A DNA stretch of 64,000 nt from Octopus sinensis (taxonomy: Eukaryota), in NCBI RefSeq assembly GCF_006345805.1, contig NW_021833437.1:1-64000 (forward strand), read 5' to 3'. The notes under the pieces were generated by a model. It did no database searches and was not told where the DNA came from. It saw only the letters and a list, made by a program, of their open reading frames with translations. Position 1 is the first letter of the stretch; every line of letters starts with the position of its first letter. Made by a program: the position numbers and the translations under genes. Shown piece after piece: positions 49,448 through 62,825 of this stretch.

Positions 49448-50101
49448 CGACCTCGGTGGGTTTTGAAACCAGAACGCGCGTAGCTGCAAACGAAATACCT
49501 ATTTCTTTACTACCCACATGGGACTAAACACAGAGAGGACAAACAAGGACAGACTAACGGATTGAGCCGATTATATCGACCCCAGTGCGTAACTGGAACT
49601 TATTTAATCGACCCCAAAAGGATGAAAGGCAAAGTCGACCTCGGCGGAATTTAGACTCAGAACGTAGCGGCAGACGAAATACCTATTTCTTTATTACCCA
49701 CAAGGGGCTAAACATAGACGGGACAAACAAGGACAGACATAGGTATTAAGTCGATTACATCGACTCCAGTGCGTAACTGGTACTTATTTAATCGACCCCG
49801 AAAGGATGAAAGGCAAAGTCGACCTCGGTGGGTTTTGAAACCTGAACGTGCGTAGCTGCAAACGAAATACCTATTTCTTTACTACCCACAATGGGCTAAA
49901 CACAGAGAGGACATACAAGGACAGACAAACGGATTAAGTCGATTATATCGACCCCAGTGCGTAACTGGTGCTTATTTAATCGACCCCAAAAGGTGAAAGG
50001 CAAAGTCGACCTTGGCGAAATTTGAACTCAGAACGTAGCGGCAGACGAAATACCGCTAAGCATTTCGCCCGGCGTGCTAACGATTCTGCCAGCTCGCCGC
50101 C
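49448..50101 (-). mobile_element. S2 SINE multimer: a head plus three tandem units of about 185 bp in A-B-A-B alternation
   Basis: Unit starts at 49448, 49636, 49820 and 50007. Units 1 and 3 share GGTGGGTTTTGAAACC..GTAGCTGCAAACG. Units 2 and 4 share GGCG.AATTT..GTAGCGGCAGACG. Confidence 0.88.
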
Positions 50102-50139
50102 TTTTATTTGCGTAATAATTGTTTCAAATTTTGCCACAA

Positions 50140-50770
50140 GACCAGCAATTTTAAGAGAGGGGATGAGTCGATTACTGGTACTTAATTTATCGACCTCAAA
50201 AGGATGAAAGCTATATTGTGTAATAGTCCTTACTATAATAGGCACAAGGCCTTAAATTTGGGGGCGAAGTGTAGTCGATTATACTGACCACATTGTTTCA
50301 CTGGTAGTTAATCCACCGACTCCGAAAGGATGTAAGGTAATGTCGACCTCAGCGCAATTTCAACTCAGAACGTAGAGGCGGGCGAAATACCTATTTCTAT
50401 TTCTTTACTACCCACAAGGGGCTAAACACAGAGGGGACAAACAAGGACAGACAAACGGATTAAGTCGATTACATTGACCCCAGTGCGTAACTGGTACTTA
50501 CTTTATCGACCCCAAAAGGATGAAAGGCAAAGTCGACCTCGGCGGAATTTGAACTCAGAACGTAGCGGCAAACGAAATACAGCTACGCATTTCGCCCGGC
50601 GTGCTAACGTTTCTGTTAAGCATTTCGTCTAGCTCGCAGCCTTCTTTATTGTGTAATAATAATTTAAAATTTTGCCAGAAGAGCAGCAATTTTGGGAAAC
50701 TGAATCGGTCGATTATGTCTACCCCAGTGCGAAACTGGTATTTAATTTAACGACACCGAAAGGATGGAAA
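50140..50770 (-). mobile_element. Cluster of further S2-family copies and fragments
   Basis: Core ATCGACCCC.AAAGGATG.AAG recurs near 50190, 50320, 50505 and 50750. Near-full copy at 50340-50640. Confidence 0.8.
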
Positions 50771-51239
50771 GCTATATTCTGTAATCATGAAATCGTTTAA
50801 ATCCCATGACAGTTTTTCTTTTTTTTTTAATCCTAAAATCATAAATCTCAATGTGAGTCTACCTGTAACTATTATATGATTTTGGGTGTCGGAATATTTT
50901 TGTTAAGCATTTGTATATGGATCCCTATATATTTGAGAAGGAAGATAATAACAATAACTTCTGCTGTTGCCGGCGGCAATGGTATTGGTAGGAAGGGATG
51001 GTTGTTGAGTTGGTGACAATGCTGCTCACGACGCTGGATTGATGGTACAATTGACGGTCAGAATGTTGTTAGTGTTATTTGATATACGGCAAGCAGGTTT
51101 CCCCGTTGGTTTACCGAATTAACTATTGCTAAACTAATTAAAGCACCATCTGTTCTCAGATCTGTCACTTAATTACATTTTAATGAAAATTATTATTTCA
51201 TTATTACTATCATCATTATTACTATCATCATCATTATAA

Positions 51240-51413
<174 letters not shown>

Positions 51414-51609
51414 AATTGATGAGTTTAATTTTATATCTGAAATCAATTTTGAAGCCAAAATTCTATTATTTGGACCTTAAATACACAATGTGTTAAATTA
51501 CACGTGTCTATCTAAACACATTGGGTAATTTTTCAACTTTTATGTGTAATTTATGCATACACGTATCTAATACAAGTATGCACGTTTTAATTCACGATTA
51601 CTACTATAT

Positions 51610-52238
51610 ATATGCATACGTGTGTGTATGTATGTAGGTACGTATGTATGTATGTATGTATGTATGTATGTATGTATATATGTATGTGTATGTATGTATG
51701 TATGTGTATATGTACATATGCATGTGTGAACGTACGTATGCATACATGTATGTCGGCATGTACGTATATATATATTCATATGTATGCATGTATATATATA
51801 CGTATGTATGTATGCGTGTATGAATGTATGTATATACGTATGAATGCATGCATGTATTATGCATGTATGCATGCATGTATGTATGTATGTGCATATGCAT
51901 GTAGGTATGCATGTATGTATCCATGTATTATGTATGCATGCATATATGTATGCTTGTATGTAAGCATGCATGTATTTATGTATTATGCCCTTATGTATGC
52001 ATGTATAAATGTATTGATGTATGTAATCATGTATATATGCATGTACGCATGTATGTATGTATACATGCATGTATGTATATCCATACACATATATAATACA
52101 AGTATGTACTTTTTAATTCAATACTGCTACTACTACTATATACATGCAATTATGTATGTATGTGTGTGTGTATGTATGTACGTATGTATGTATGTATGTA
52201 TGTATGTATGCATGTATGTATGTATGTATGTATGTATG

Positions 52239-52269
<31 letters not shown>

Positions 52270-52350
52270 GTATGTATGTATGTATGTATGTATGTATGCA
52301 TGTATGTATGTATGTATGTATGTATGCATGTATGTATGTATGCATGTATG

Positions 52351-52381
<31 letters not shown>

Positions 52382-52402
52382 GTACGTATGTATGTATGTA
52401 TG

Positions 52403-52433
<31 letters not shown>

Positions 52434-52711
52434 GTATGTATGCATGTATGTATGTATGTAAGTATGTATGCATGTATTGTATGTATGTATGCATGTATGT
52501 ATGTATGCATGTATGTATGTATGTATGTATGTATGATGAATGTATGTATGTATGTGTAAGTATGTATGTATGTATGTATGTATGTATGCATGTATGTATG
52601 TATGTATGTATGTATGTATTAAGTATGCATGTATGTATGTATGTAAGTATGTATGCATGTATGTATGTATGTATGTATGCATGTATGTATGTATGCATGT
52701 ATGTATGTATG

Positions 52712-52742
<31 letters not shown>

Positions 52743-53051
52743 GTATGTATGTATGTATGTATGTATGTATGCATGTATGTATGTATGTATGTATGTAAGT
52801 ATGCATGTATGTATGTATGTAAGTATGTATGCATGTATGTATGTATGTATGTATGCATGTATGTATGTATGCATGTATGTATGTATGTATGTATGTATGT
52901 ATGTATGTATGTATGCATGTATGTATGTATCTATGTATGCATGTATGTATGTATGCATGTATGTATGTATGTATGTATGTATGTATGTATGTATGTATGT
53001 ATGTATGAATGTATGTATGTATGTATGTATGCATGTATGTATGTATGCATG

Positions 53052-53082
<31 letters not shown>

Positions 53083-53322
53083 GTATGTAAGTATGTATGT
53101 ATGTATGCACGTATGTATGTATGTATGTATGTATGTATGCATGTATGTATGTATGTATGTATGCATGTATGTATGTATGCATGTATGTATGTATGTATGT
53201 ATGTATGTATGTATGTATGTATGAATGAATGTATGTATGTATGTATGTATGCATGTATGTATGCATGTATGTATGTATGTATGTATCATGTATGTATGTA
53301 TGTATGTATGCATGTATGTATG

Positions 53323-53353
<31 letters not shown>

Positions 53354-53385
53354 GTATGTAAGTATGTATGTATGTATGTATGTAT
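51610..53385. repeat. About 1.8 kb (TATG)n tract with TGCA and TAAG variants
   Basis: Directly visible. Source of the MYVC/HTYI ORFs of up to 416 aa. Confidence 0.97.
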
Positions 53386-53564
53386 TAGAATCTGACGCAT
53401 CTAAAGAATAACTTTGAACTTCATTTTTCCAACTTTTCAAACAAATGATTTTCGGAAGGAGTGTCACAATGCAGAATGAAAATACTCGCAAAAATATCAA
53501 AATATGATTTGCAGCAAATGCAAGCGATTTGAATGGTGCAAGAAAAAACGCTAGTAAATACGTT

Positions 53565-55091
53565 ACAAGGTCCCATAGTTTTGGGAGAGGGCCAATCGGT
53601 TAGATCATCCCCAGTACGCAACTGGTACTTAATTTATCGACCCCCGAAAGGATGAAAGTCAAAAGCGACTTCGGTGGAATTTACAAGGTCCCATAGTTTT
53701 GGGAGAGGGCCAATCGGTTAGATCATCCCCAGTACGCAACTGGTACTTAATTTATCGACCCCCGAAAGGATGAAAGTCAAAAGCGACTTCGGTGGAATTT
53801 ACAAGGTCCCATAGTTTTGGGAGAGGGCCAATCGGTTAGATCATCCCCAGTACGCAACTGGTACTTAATTTATCGACCCCCAAAGGATGAAAGTCAAAAG
53901 CGACTTCGGTGGAATTTACAAGGTCCCATAGTTTTGGGAGAGGGCCAATCGGTTAGATCATCCCCAGTACGCACTGGTACTTAATTTATCGACCCCCGAA
54001 AGGATGAAAGTCAAAAGCGACTTCGGTGGAATTTACAAGGTCCCATAGTTTTGGAGAGGGCCAATCGGTTAGATCATCCCCAGTACGCAACTGGTACTTA
54101 ATTTATCGACCCCCGAAAGGATGAAAGTCAAAAGCGACTTCGGTGGAATTTACAAGGTCCCATAGTTTTGGGAGAGGGCCAATCGGTTAGATCATCCCCA
54201 GTACGCAACTGGTACTTAATTTATCGACCCCCGAAAGGATGAAAGTCAAAAGCGACTTCGGTGGAATTTACAAGGTCCCATAGTTTTGGGAGAGGGCCAA
54301 TCGGTTAGATCATCCCCAGTACGCACTGGTACTTAATTTATCGACCCCCCGAAAGATGAAAGTCAAAAGCGACTTCGGTGAATTTACAAGGTCCCATAGT
54401 TTTGGGAGAGGGCCAATCGGTTAGATCATCCCCAGTACGCAACTGGTACTTAATTTATCGACCCCCGAAAGGATGAAAGTCAAAAGCGACTTCGGTGGAA
54501 TTTACAAGGTCCCATAGTTTTGGGAGAGGGCCAATCGGTTAGATCATCCCCAGTACGCAACTGGTACTTAATTTATCGACCCCCGAAAGGATGAAAGTCA
54601 AAAGCGACTTCGGTGGAATTTACAAGGTCCCATAGTTTTGGGAGAGGGCCAATCGGTTAGATCATCCCCAGTACGCAACTGGTACTTAATTTATCGACCC
54701 CCGAAAGGATGAAAGTCAAAAGCGACTTCGGTGGAATTTACAAGGTCCCATAGTTTTGGGAGAGGGCCAATCGGTTAGATCATCCCCAGTACGCAACTGG
54801 TACTTAATTTATCGACCCCCGAAAGGATGAAAGTCAAAAGCGACTTCGGTGGAATTTACAAGGTCCCATAGTTTTGGGAGAGGGCCATCGGTTAGATCAT
54901 CCCCAGTACGCAACTGGTACTTAATTTATCGACCCCCGAAGGATGAAAGTCAAAAGCGACTTCGGTGGATTTAACAAGGTCCCATAGTTTTGGGAGAGGG
55001 CCAATCGGTTAGATCATCCCCTGTACGCAACTGGTACTTAATTTATCGACCCCCGAAAGGATGAAAGTCAAAAGCGACTTCGGTGGAATTT
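53565..55091. repeat. 13-copy, 118-bp tandem satellite derived from the S2 SINE core
   Basis: Unit starts counted at 53565, 53683, 53801, 53918, 54035, 54152, 54270, 54386, 54504, 54622, 54740, 54858 and 54974. Confidence 0.97.
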
Positions 55092-55924
55092 GTGCTCAGA
55101 ACATAAAGAGAGACGAGAAAATAAGTTACATATCTATCTATCTCTTATTGGCGTCAGCAGAACATGTGATACCTTCATCTACATACATGGCCGAGAATTC
55201 TACGGTTTCCTATATATCGGAGGCAATGAATTCTCATAGAAGCACTGTGCTTCCTTCGATTAGACGTTATTGAAAAAGCTCAAAAATGGCGAAATGCAGT
55301 CAAGTTCTCGCCGGCTGCTTTTGGTGCGATTTTCCGTCTCCGTCAGATATGTAGTATTTTAACACAGATCGTCCATAAGAAGTGTTACTGATCTATGACT
55401 ATACATATACAATAAATATGGCATATAAATTGCGTTAGAAATATTTGGTTAATTACATGGTTAGATGCTCTCCTAAGTGTTTGAGTCGATGTACGCGTTG
55501 TTACGATTTCTTTTAAAACGGATGGTTTAGTAAGTGATAAAACGTTTTTGTTATGTACTTATCTGAAAGAGAGTCTGTAACTCTATAAATAAACAATTTA
55601 GAAGAAACGGTGATATAACTTATTCCGAATTAAAGCATGAAAACATCAGACGATTTCGCACGCTTATAGGTGTATTTATGTTTTGTACTTAAAGCTAAAT
55701 GTCTGTATACCTGATACGTTTTCTAACAGATGCTTTAGGAAGGGGTGGCACAGAATGGAATCTTTACAGTTGAATTATCCCTCCGAGATGTATTTGTAAA
55801 TACTTTTATCTACAAGTTGTCACATTATTTCAGAAGTTTAAATAATTGTAATCAAAAATCACATAGGAAAGATATAAGAAGCTTTATAATGCTAATATTA
55901 TACAAATGCAGTACAATCAAGTCA

Positions 55925-56338
55925 TATACTCTCTTTTACTCTTTACTCTTTTACTTGTTTCAGTCATTTGACTGTGGCCATGCTGGAGCACCGCTTTAGT
56001 CGAGCAAATCGATCTCAGGACTTATTCTTTGTAAGCCTAGTATTTATTCTATCGGTAAATTTTTCCGAACCGCTAAGTTACTGGGACGCAAACACACAAG
56101 AATCGGTTGTCAAGTGATGTTGAGGGGACAAATACAGACACACAAACACACATATACATATATATACATATATACGACGGGTTTCTTTCAGTTTACGTCT
56201 ACCAAATCCACTCACAAGGCTTTGGTCGGTCTGAGGCTATAGTAGAAGACACTTGCCCAAGGTGTCACGCAGTGGGACTGAACCCGGATCCATGTGGTTG
56301 ATAAGCAAGCTACTTACCACACATCCGCACCTGCGCCT
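55925..56338 (-). mobile_element. SINE family S1
   Basis: Collinear with other S1 copies. Confidence 0.9.
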
Positions 56339-56370
56339 ATATATAGACAAAGCATACTTATCCATATGTG

Positions 56371-56446
<76 letters not shown>

Positions 56447-56459
56447 CTTTGTCATATAT

Positions 56460-56660
56460 GCTTTTGGTAAAATTTGATGTAGAGTCTCTGCTCAACTTTG
56501 TCATGGTCAATGCGAAGATCACGCGCTATACGCCTTCTTTCCAAGCTGTAGGCAGTAGATGTGAGCTAGAAAGTTCAAACTTAATGCTCAGCGGAGTTCA
56601 AAGTTAATCTATGCCCAGCGGCTTCACTCTGCATGCTTTAGGTTCATAACTATGGCAACA
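56460..56660 (-). pseudogene. Possible old CR1/L2-group LINE RT C-terminal fragment
   Basis: Minus frame reads TAYSLERRRIARDL (cf. L.SLERRR.R.DL). Weak, single motif. Confidence 0.3.
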
Positions 56661-56712
56661 GACCGGATACTTATTGATCAAACAACGTATATAAAGATAT
56701 ATGCATTTATGA

Positions 56713-56768
<56 letters not shown>

Positions 56769-56949
56769 GCATAAATACAGTGTAGATTTATATGAATAAT
56801 ATATAATGTATTATTTATAAGATATATGTATTTATATGAATAATATATAGTCTATTGACTAAATTTTTACACGGTAGGCCACTGGCAATAGAAATTTCTA
56901 ATATTTCAGATTACCCTTTGATATTATGAATTATCTATCTATCTATATC

Positions 56950-56981
<32 letters not shown>

Positions 56982-56985
56982 ATAT

Positions 56986-57019
<34 letters not shown>

Positions 57020-57246
57020 CATACAAATATATATATAATTATTCAAACACACACATACATCTATATGTTTACATATATATAAATATACAGTAGCTGTTCT
57101 CAATATATGTATATACGATTATACATGTATATATGTACATATACATCATATACACGTACGTATACATAACTAAATGTACAAATGTAATTATATGCCATGT
57201 ACATACATACATACATACATACTTACATGCGCGTATGCATAAAATT

Positions 57247-57371
57247 TAATTCGGTTAGGTGAAGCCAGCTGATTGAAACGAATATTTCGCACGTGGTACA
57301 AAGATGAAACAGGTGCCTATCATGTGTGGAAAATTTACTTTCAGACCAGCTGCTTTCAGTTAACCGAATTA
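57247..57371 (+). other. Long imperfect fold-back hairpin (about 50-bp stem, about 19-nt loop)
   Basis: Hand pairing from TAATTCGGTTA/TAACCGAATTA inward to 57298/57318 gives mostly Watson-Crick pairs with five G-U pairs on the plus strand. Confidence 0.75.
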
Positions 57372-57537
57372 CATGATGCATCCTCCACCGGCTTACAACA
57401 CTTTACATATGTGTGCGCTTGTACGATCGTGTAGATATATATATATGTGTGTGCTGTGTGAGTGTGTGTGTGTTGTGTGTATGTGTGTGTGTGTGTATGT
57501 GTGTGTATGTGCATGTTCGTGTGTGTATGTATGTGCG

Positions 57538-57597
<60 letters not shown>

Positions 57598-57736
57598 CTA
57601 CTTAGGACGCATGTCCTAGAGGTATATATATATATATGTGTGTGCTGTGTGTGTGTGTGCTTTGTGTAGGTGTGTATGTGCGTGTTCGTGTGTGTATGCA
57701 TGTGCGTATATATATATATATATATATATAGATGTG

Positions 57737-57782
<46 letters not shown>

Positions 57783-57797
57783 ATATGCATATATACT

Positions 57798-58085
57798 ACT
57801 GAGGACGCATGTCCTAGTGGTTAGTGTATTGCACTCATGATCGCGAGATTGTGGTTTCACTTCCTAGACCGGATGGTGCGTTGTGCAAAATACTTTATCT
57901 CACGTTACTCTGCGATCACTCCGACATGGTACACTTATGCACCTGTTCAGAAACCGTCGATTTTATACAAGGAGTGAGCTAAAGTACAGCACATACATTT
58001 ATTCACTGTAAACAATCCGTTTGTGCAGGTCGTTACGTAAAATCTGAACTCTTATACATCATCTTCGTTCGACGAGAGAGATGCA
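57798..58085 (+). mobile_element. Older tRNA-derived SINE of the 42794 type
   Basis: GAGGACGCATGTCCTAGTGGTTAGTG head and GACGAGAGAG tail. Confidence 0.7.
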
Positions 58086-58212
58086 ATCACGTATAGTAGT
58101 TTGCACTATAAGCATACGGTCCGAAATATTGGAGGAGTGAACTAGACCATTACATCAACCCCAGTGCATGTTGACTTCACAAACATGTATAATATATACG
58201 TATTATATATTA

Positions 58213-58435
58213 GGGCGGCGAGCTGGCAGAAACGTTAGCACGCCGGGCGAAATGCGCAGCCGTATTTCGTCTGCCGTTACGTTCTGAGTTCAAATTCCGC
58301 CGAGGCCGACTTTGACTTTCATCCTTTCGGTGTCGATTAAATAAGTACCAGTTACGCACTGGGGTCGATGTAATCGACTTAATCCCTTTGTCTGTCCTTG
58401 TTTGTCCCCTCTATGTTTAGTCCCCTGTGGGCAAT
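58213..58435 (+). mobile_element. SINE family S2 with an AT-rich TSD-like flank
   Basis: Full head and core. TATAATATATACGTAT occurs on both sides. Confidence 0.9.
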
Positions 58436-59004
58436 ATAAAATATAATATATACGTATATACATATACACGCATACATATATACACATATATCACTATGTA
58501 TGTATATATGTATGTATATATGTATGTACTTTTATATCTGTCCAGCATTTTAATGGCAAGCGGATAATCCCAACTTATTTAATCTGATCCGATCGAATAT
58601 GGACTGCTTTGATTCTAATCTTTTTATATGTTGGCACATTATGCTATATGCATTTATATATATATCCTATTTCACACTGCATTAAATAGTAGATTATATC
58701 CTGTCAATGCATTACCTACAACTTAACATTATATTTATAAAGGTAACCACATCTGTGGTCTCCCTCTTGACTGCTTCCTATGGTTTGATATTATATATTT
58801 TAATGTTACAAAAACAAAATCCGAAGCCACAAACAAGAAACGAGTCACTGCAAAAGTGTTTCACATTTGATATGACATAATGACACGTAAATTTTCAATA
58901 TGGAGAAACATAGACTATCGATGGGCTACATGTATGTGTGTGTCTGTCTGCGTGTCTGTGTGTGTGTCTGCGTGTCTGTGTGTGTGTCTGCGTGTCTGTG
59001 TAAG

Positions 59005-59200
59005 TGTGTCTGTGTGTTTGTCACCCCTCCATCGCTTGACAACCGCTGTTGGTATGTTTATGTCAGTTTGGCAAAAATGATCGAAAGATTAAAGACCAGG
59101 CTTAAAGCCCAAACTACTGGACTCGATACATTCCACTACAAATTCTTCAAGGTAGTGACCCAGCATGGCTGCACTCTAATGACAGAAACAATAAAACGAT
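59005..59200 (+). mobile_element. Old S1-related SINE, 3' part
   Basis: CCATCGCTTGACAACCG..TGGT.TGTTTA and CCCAGCATGGCTGCA..TAATGAC.GAAACAA. Confidence 0.65.
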
Positions 59201-59464
59201 AAAAGATATATAGTTAAATAGTGGTTAAACGTCCATACAAATCAAAATTTATGGTTAAAAATGTAAATTAAATTGGAAAAGGCACAACAGAATATTTTAG
59301 AGAGGAGTAATAGTTTTGTTGCGTCTTATCAAATATTAAATAAGAATTTTTTAGTAAGTCAAATTTGGACTTAACAGCTTGTACCCATGATTTGATACAT
59401 GTGTGTGCATGTGTGTGTGTGTATCATGTTGAATCGTTAGTCCCTACATATATTTTCTCCGTTA

Positions 59465-59638
59465 TTTCGGTTTTCGTTCTCTCTCCAGTTTTTTTCCGCT
59501 AATTCCTTTGTATCGAAGAGCGTCGGCTTGAAATATCAAACACTTTTCCATTATTCCCGAGCATCAAACTAATAATACACCGGCTTGTTGTTCCTACACT
59601 TAACATCGTCTTTTGTTTTCTGTAAATTTGGATTCTAT
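59465..59638 (+). mobile_element. Diverged family A element
   Basis: CGAA-GAGC-GTCG-GCTT-GAAAT-ATC-AAA followed by CTAATA..CAC...CGTCTTTTGTTT. Collinear with 16021-16150. Confidence 0.55.
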
Positions 59639-59654
59639 ATGGAAAGAGACAAAA

Positions 59655-59864
59655 CAAGCGTTGATGGGGGTGCAAACACAGACATATAGATATATATACA
59701 CGACGGGCTTCTTTCAGTTTCCGTGTAACAAATCCACTCACAAGATTTTCGTAGGCCTGAAGCTATAGAACAAGACCCTTGCCCAAGGTGACACTCAGTA
59801 GGACTGAACCCGGAACCATGAGGTTGGGAAACAAGCTTCTTACCACATAGCCACATCTGCGCCT
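59655..59864 (-). mobile_element. S1 SINE, 5' half
   Basis: Minus-strand head GGCGCAGATGTGGCTATGTGGTAAG. Confidence 0.8.
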
Positions 59865-60090
59865 AATTTGATCGTCACTAATGGTGACAGAGGGTGATCA
59901 ATAGCACCGATATACCAAGAACTAACAGTTAAAATCCTTAATGCAGTATGAAGCGCACAACATATATATGTATTTATATACATTGATGTGGGAGATACAC
60001 TAGCACAGGACTCGTTTATCAGTTATAGATTGAAACATATAGAAGAATAGATAACAGATAGTTACAGATAGATAGACAGATAGATAGATA

Positions 60091-60351
60091 AGTTTCTTTA
60101 TTGGCCACACAGGGCTGCACACAGATGGGACAAGTTACAAGGTAGAGCTTTTCTTTTGGGGATGAAAAAAAGGGGGTGGCGTAGGTTTTCGATCAAGAGG
60201 GATCGTAAAAGGGAAGAAAAGAACAAAAAAAAATAGAATAAAAAATAAAAAGAATAAAAGAGAAAAAAAGAAAAAAGAAAGGGAAAAGAACAAAAGAAAA
60301 GAGAAATGAAAAAAGAAGAAAAAGGGGGGAAAAAAGGGGAAGAGGAAAAAA

Positions 60352-60354
<3 letters not shown>
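60091..60354 (-). mobile_element. Second copy of the L1/Tx1-like 3' tail inside a (GATA)n array
   Basis: Near-identical to 26461-26640 but extends further 5'. GATA repeats on both flanks. Confidence 0.7.
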
Positions 60355-60382
<28 letters not shown>

Positions 60383-60679
60383 CTCATGGACAGGTCCACA
60401 CAAGGCCTTACAATGCCATATTATCGACATAAAAGCAAAAATTCTGACCATCTTGTATTTGTCTTAGAGGGTTTACATCCCTGCGGTAGGTTTCATTGTT
60501 GATTTATTTTTACTAATAAAGATTTGCTGTTGCGGTCAGCTGGGATTTGTAGCTTGTTGTTTGTCATTTTTCAATTTTTAAGATATATTACATATTAATA
60601 TATATATGTATATATTATATATATTATTATACTATATATATAACAAAAATCTATCTACACTATCTATGTCGTATCTACT

Positions 60680-60731
<52 letters not shown>

Positions 60732-60762
60732 GTATCTATCTATCTATCTATCTATTCTATAT

Positions 60763-60804
<42 letters not shown>

Positions 60805-60894
60805 TATACATCTACACGTACATAACATACACAAGCATACAACACAGATATGTATTCATGTATGCAAGAAAAAATACATGCCTATATATATATA

Positions 60895-60925
<31 letters not shown>

Positions 60926-61429
60926 GATATATATAATGGGACCATATTGTGTCTTTCTCTTCAGGAAGAAAAAGGAAATCCGTTGGAAAACAAAAACAGA
61001 ACAGAGGCGGAGCACAGTTCGATTTGTTTTTTGCTCCGCCTCTGTTCTGTTTATATATATATTATATATATATATATTATATCATACACACAGACACACA
61101 CATACACTCACATATGTATGCATATTTTTATGTCTTTGCGAGTTGTTGCCTTCCATCTTCCTTTGTTCCTTCATCCTTATTAAATATATACATATGTACA
61201 CATGCATTCCCACATACATATACACACACTCAAGCAGCAAACACATGTTTACACACACACACGTACACACACAAACATACATGCACTCACACACATGGAC
61301 GCAGAAGCAACTTTTCTTCTATTTATTTCGTTTTTGTGTCTTTCATTCTAAATTAATTCTACATTTGCAACAAGAAAGCTCTATCAGTAGGTTATGAAAA
61401 TGCGAGAGGTGCTGATAGACAGACGGACG

Positions 61430-61432
61430 GAC

Positions 61433-61477
<45 letters not shown>

Positions 61478-61540
61478 TAGATAGATGATAGATATGGATG
61501 GATGGATGGATGGATGGATGGATGGATGATGGATGGATAG

Positions 61541-61589
<49 letters not shown>

Positions 61590-61944
61590 GTAGGTAGGTA
61601 GGTAGATAAATAGATATAAGACAGATAGACAGACACACAGATATATATATATAGATAGATAGATAGAAAGATAGATAGATAAATAATAGATAGAAAGATA
61701 GATAGATAAATAGATAGATAGATAGATATATACATACATACATACATGCATACATACATACATACATGCATACATACATACATACATACATACATACATA
61801 CATGCATACATACATACATGCATACATACATACATACATACATACATACATACATACATACATACATGCATGCATGCATACATACATACATACATACATA
61901 CATACATACATGCATGCATGCATACATACATACATACATACATG

Positions 61945-61976
<32 letters not shown>

Positions 61977-62055
61977 CATACATACATGCATACATACATA
62001 CATACATACATACATACATACATACATACATACATACATACATACATACATAGGT
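61430..62055. repeat. (GATA)n/(GATG)n/(CATA)n compound microsatellite
   Basis: Directly visible. Confidence 0.96.
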
Positions 62056-62489
62056 AGATTAAATAAAGAGAGACAGAAAGAGGGGGAAGCGGCAAAAGAA
62101 AGTTTGGTCAGGGGCAAAAAGATTATAATTGAATGAAAGTGATAGACCGTGGTCGTGTGTTTTCTGTCTTGGTTCATTGTTAAGAGAAGAAAGGAAACTG
62201 AGAGAGAAAGCGAGAGAGAGAGAAATGAGAAGAGGGAGAGAGAGAGAGAGAGAAAGAGGATAGTGCGTGTGCGCATGTGCATGTATGTCTCTACGTATGT
62301 CTAAGTGTGTGTGTGTGAATGTGTGAGGTCTTATGTGGGCTATACAGAAAGAAGATAATAAATAAGGTGTGGGGTTTATTGATATTATGTGCGAGTAATA
62401 AACCCTATTTGTGCAAGAGATATCGGCCGGAATAATTACACCGCAGCCAATAGAAACGATAACTAAATAAATACATAAATAAAAATCAT

Positions 62490-62698
62490 AACGATAATAA
62501 TGATGATGATGCTCATCATCATCATCATCATCGTCATGACCATCAATATCATCATCATGTAAATATAAATAATAATAATAATAATAACAACAAAACACAA
62601 CATAATAATTATAATAATAATAATAATAATTAATAATAATGAAATAATAATAATAAAAATAATAATAATAAAATGATAATGATAATAATAATAATAAT

Positions 62699-62730
<32 letters not shown>

Positions 62731-62742
62731 TAATGAATGATG

Positions 62743-62825
<83 letters not shown>

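Noticed and set aside
51567-53500. ORFs up to 416 aa (MYVC and HTYI repeats)
   Set aside because: They are translations of (TATG)n, which lacks stops in several frames. The same holds for similar ORFs at 11500-13900, 33000-33450 and 61340-62280.
53565-55091. CRISPR array or ribozyme array interpretation of the 118-bp repeat
   Set aside because: There are no unique spacers and no cas genes. I found no CTGANGA...GAAA core on either strand of the unit.
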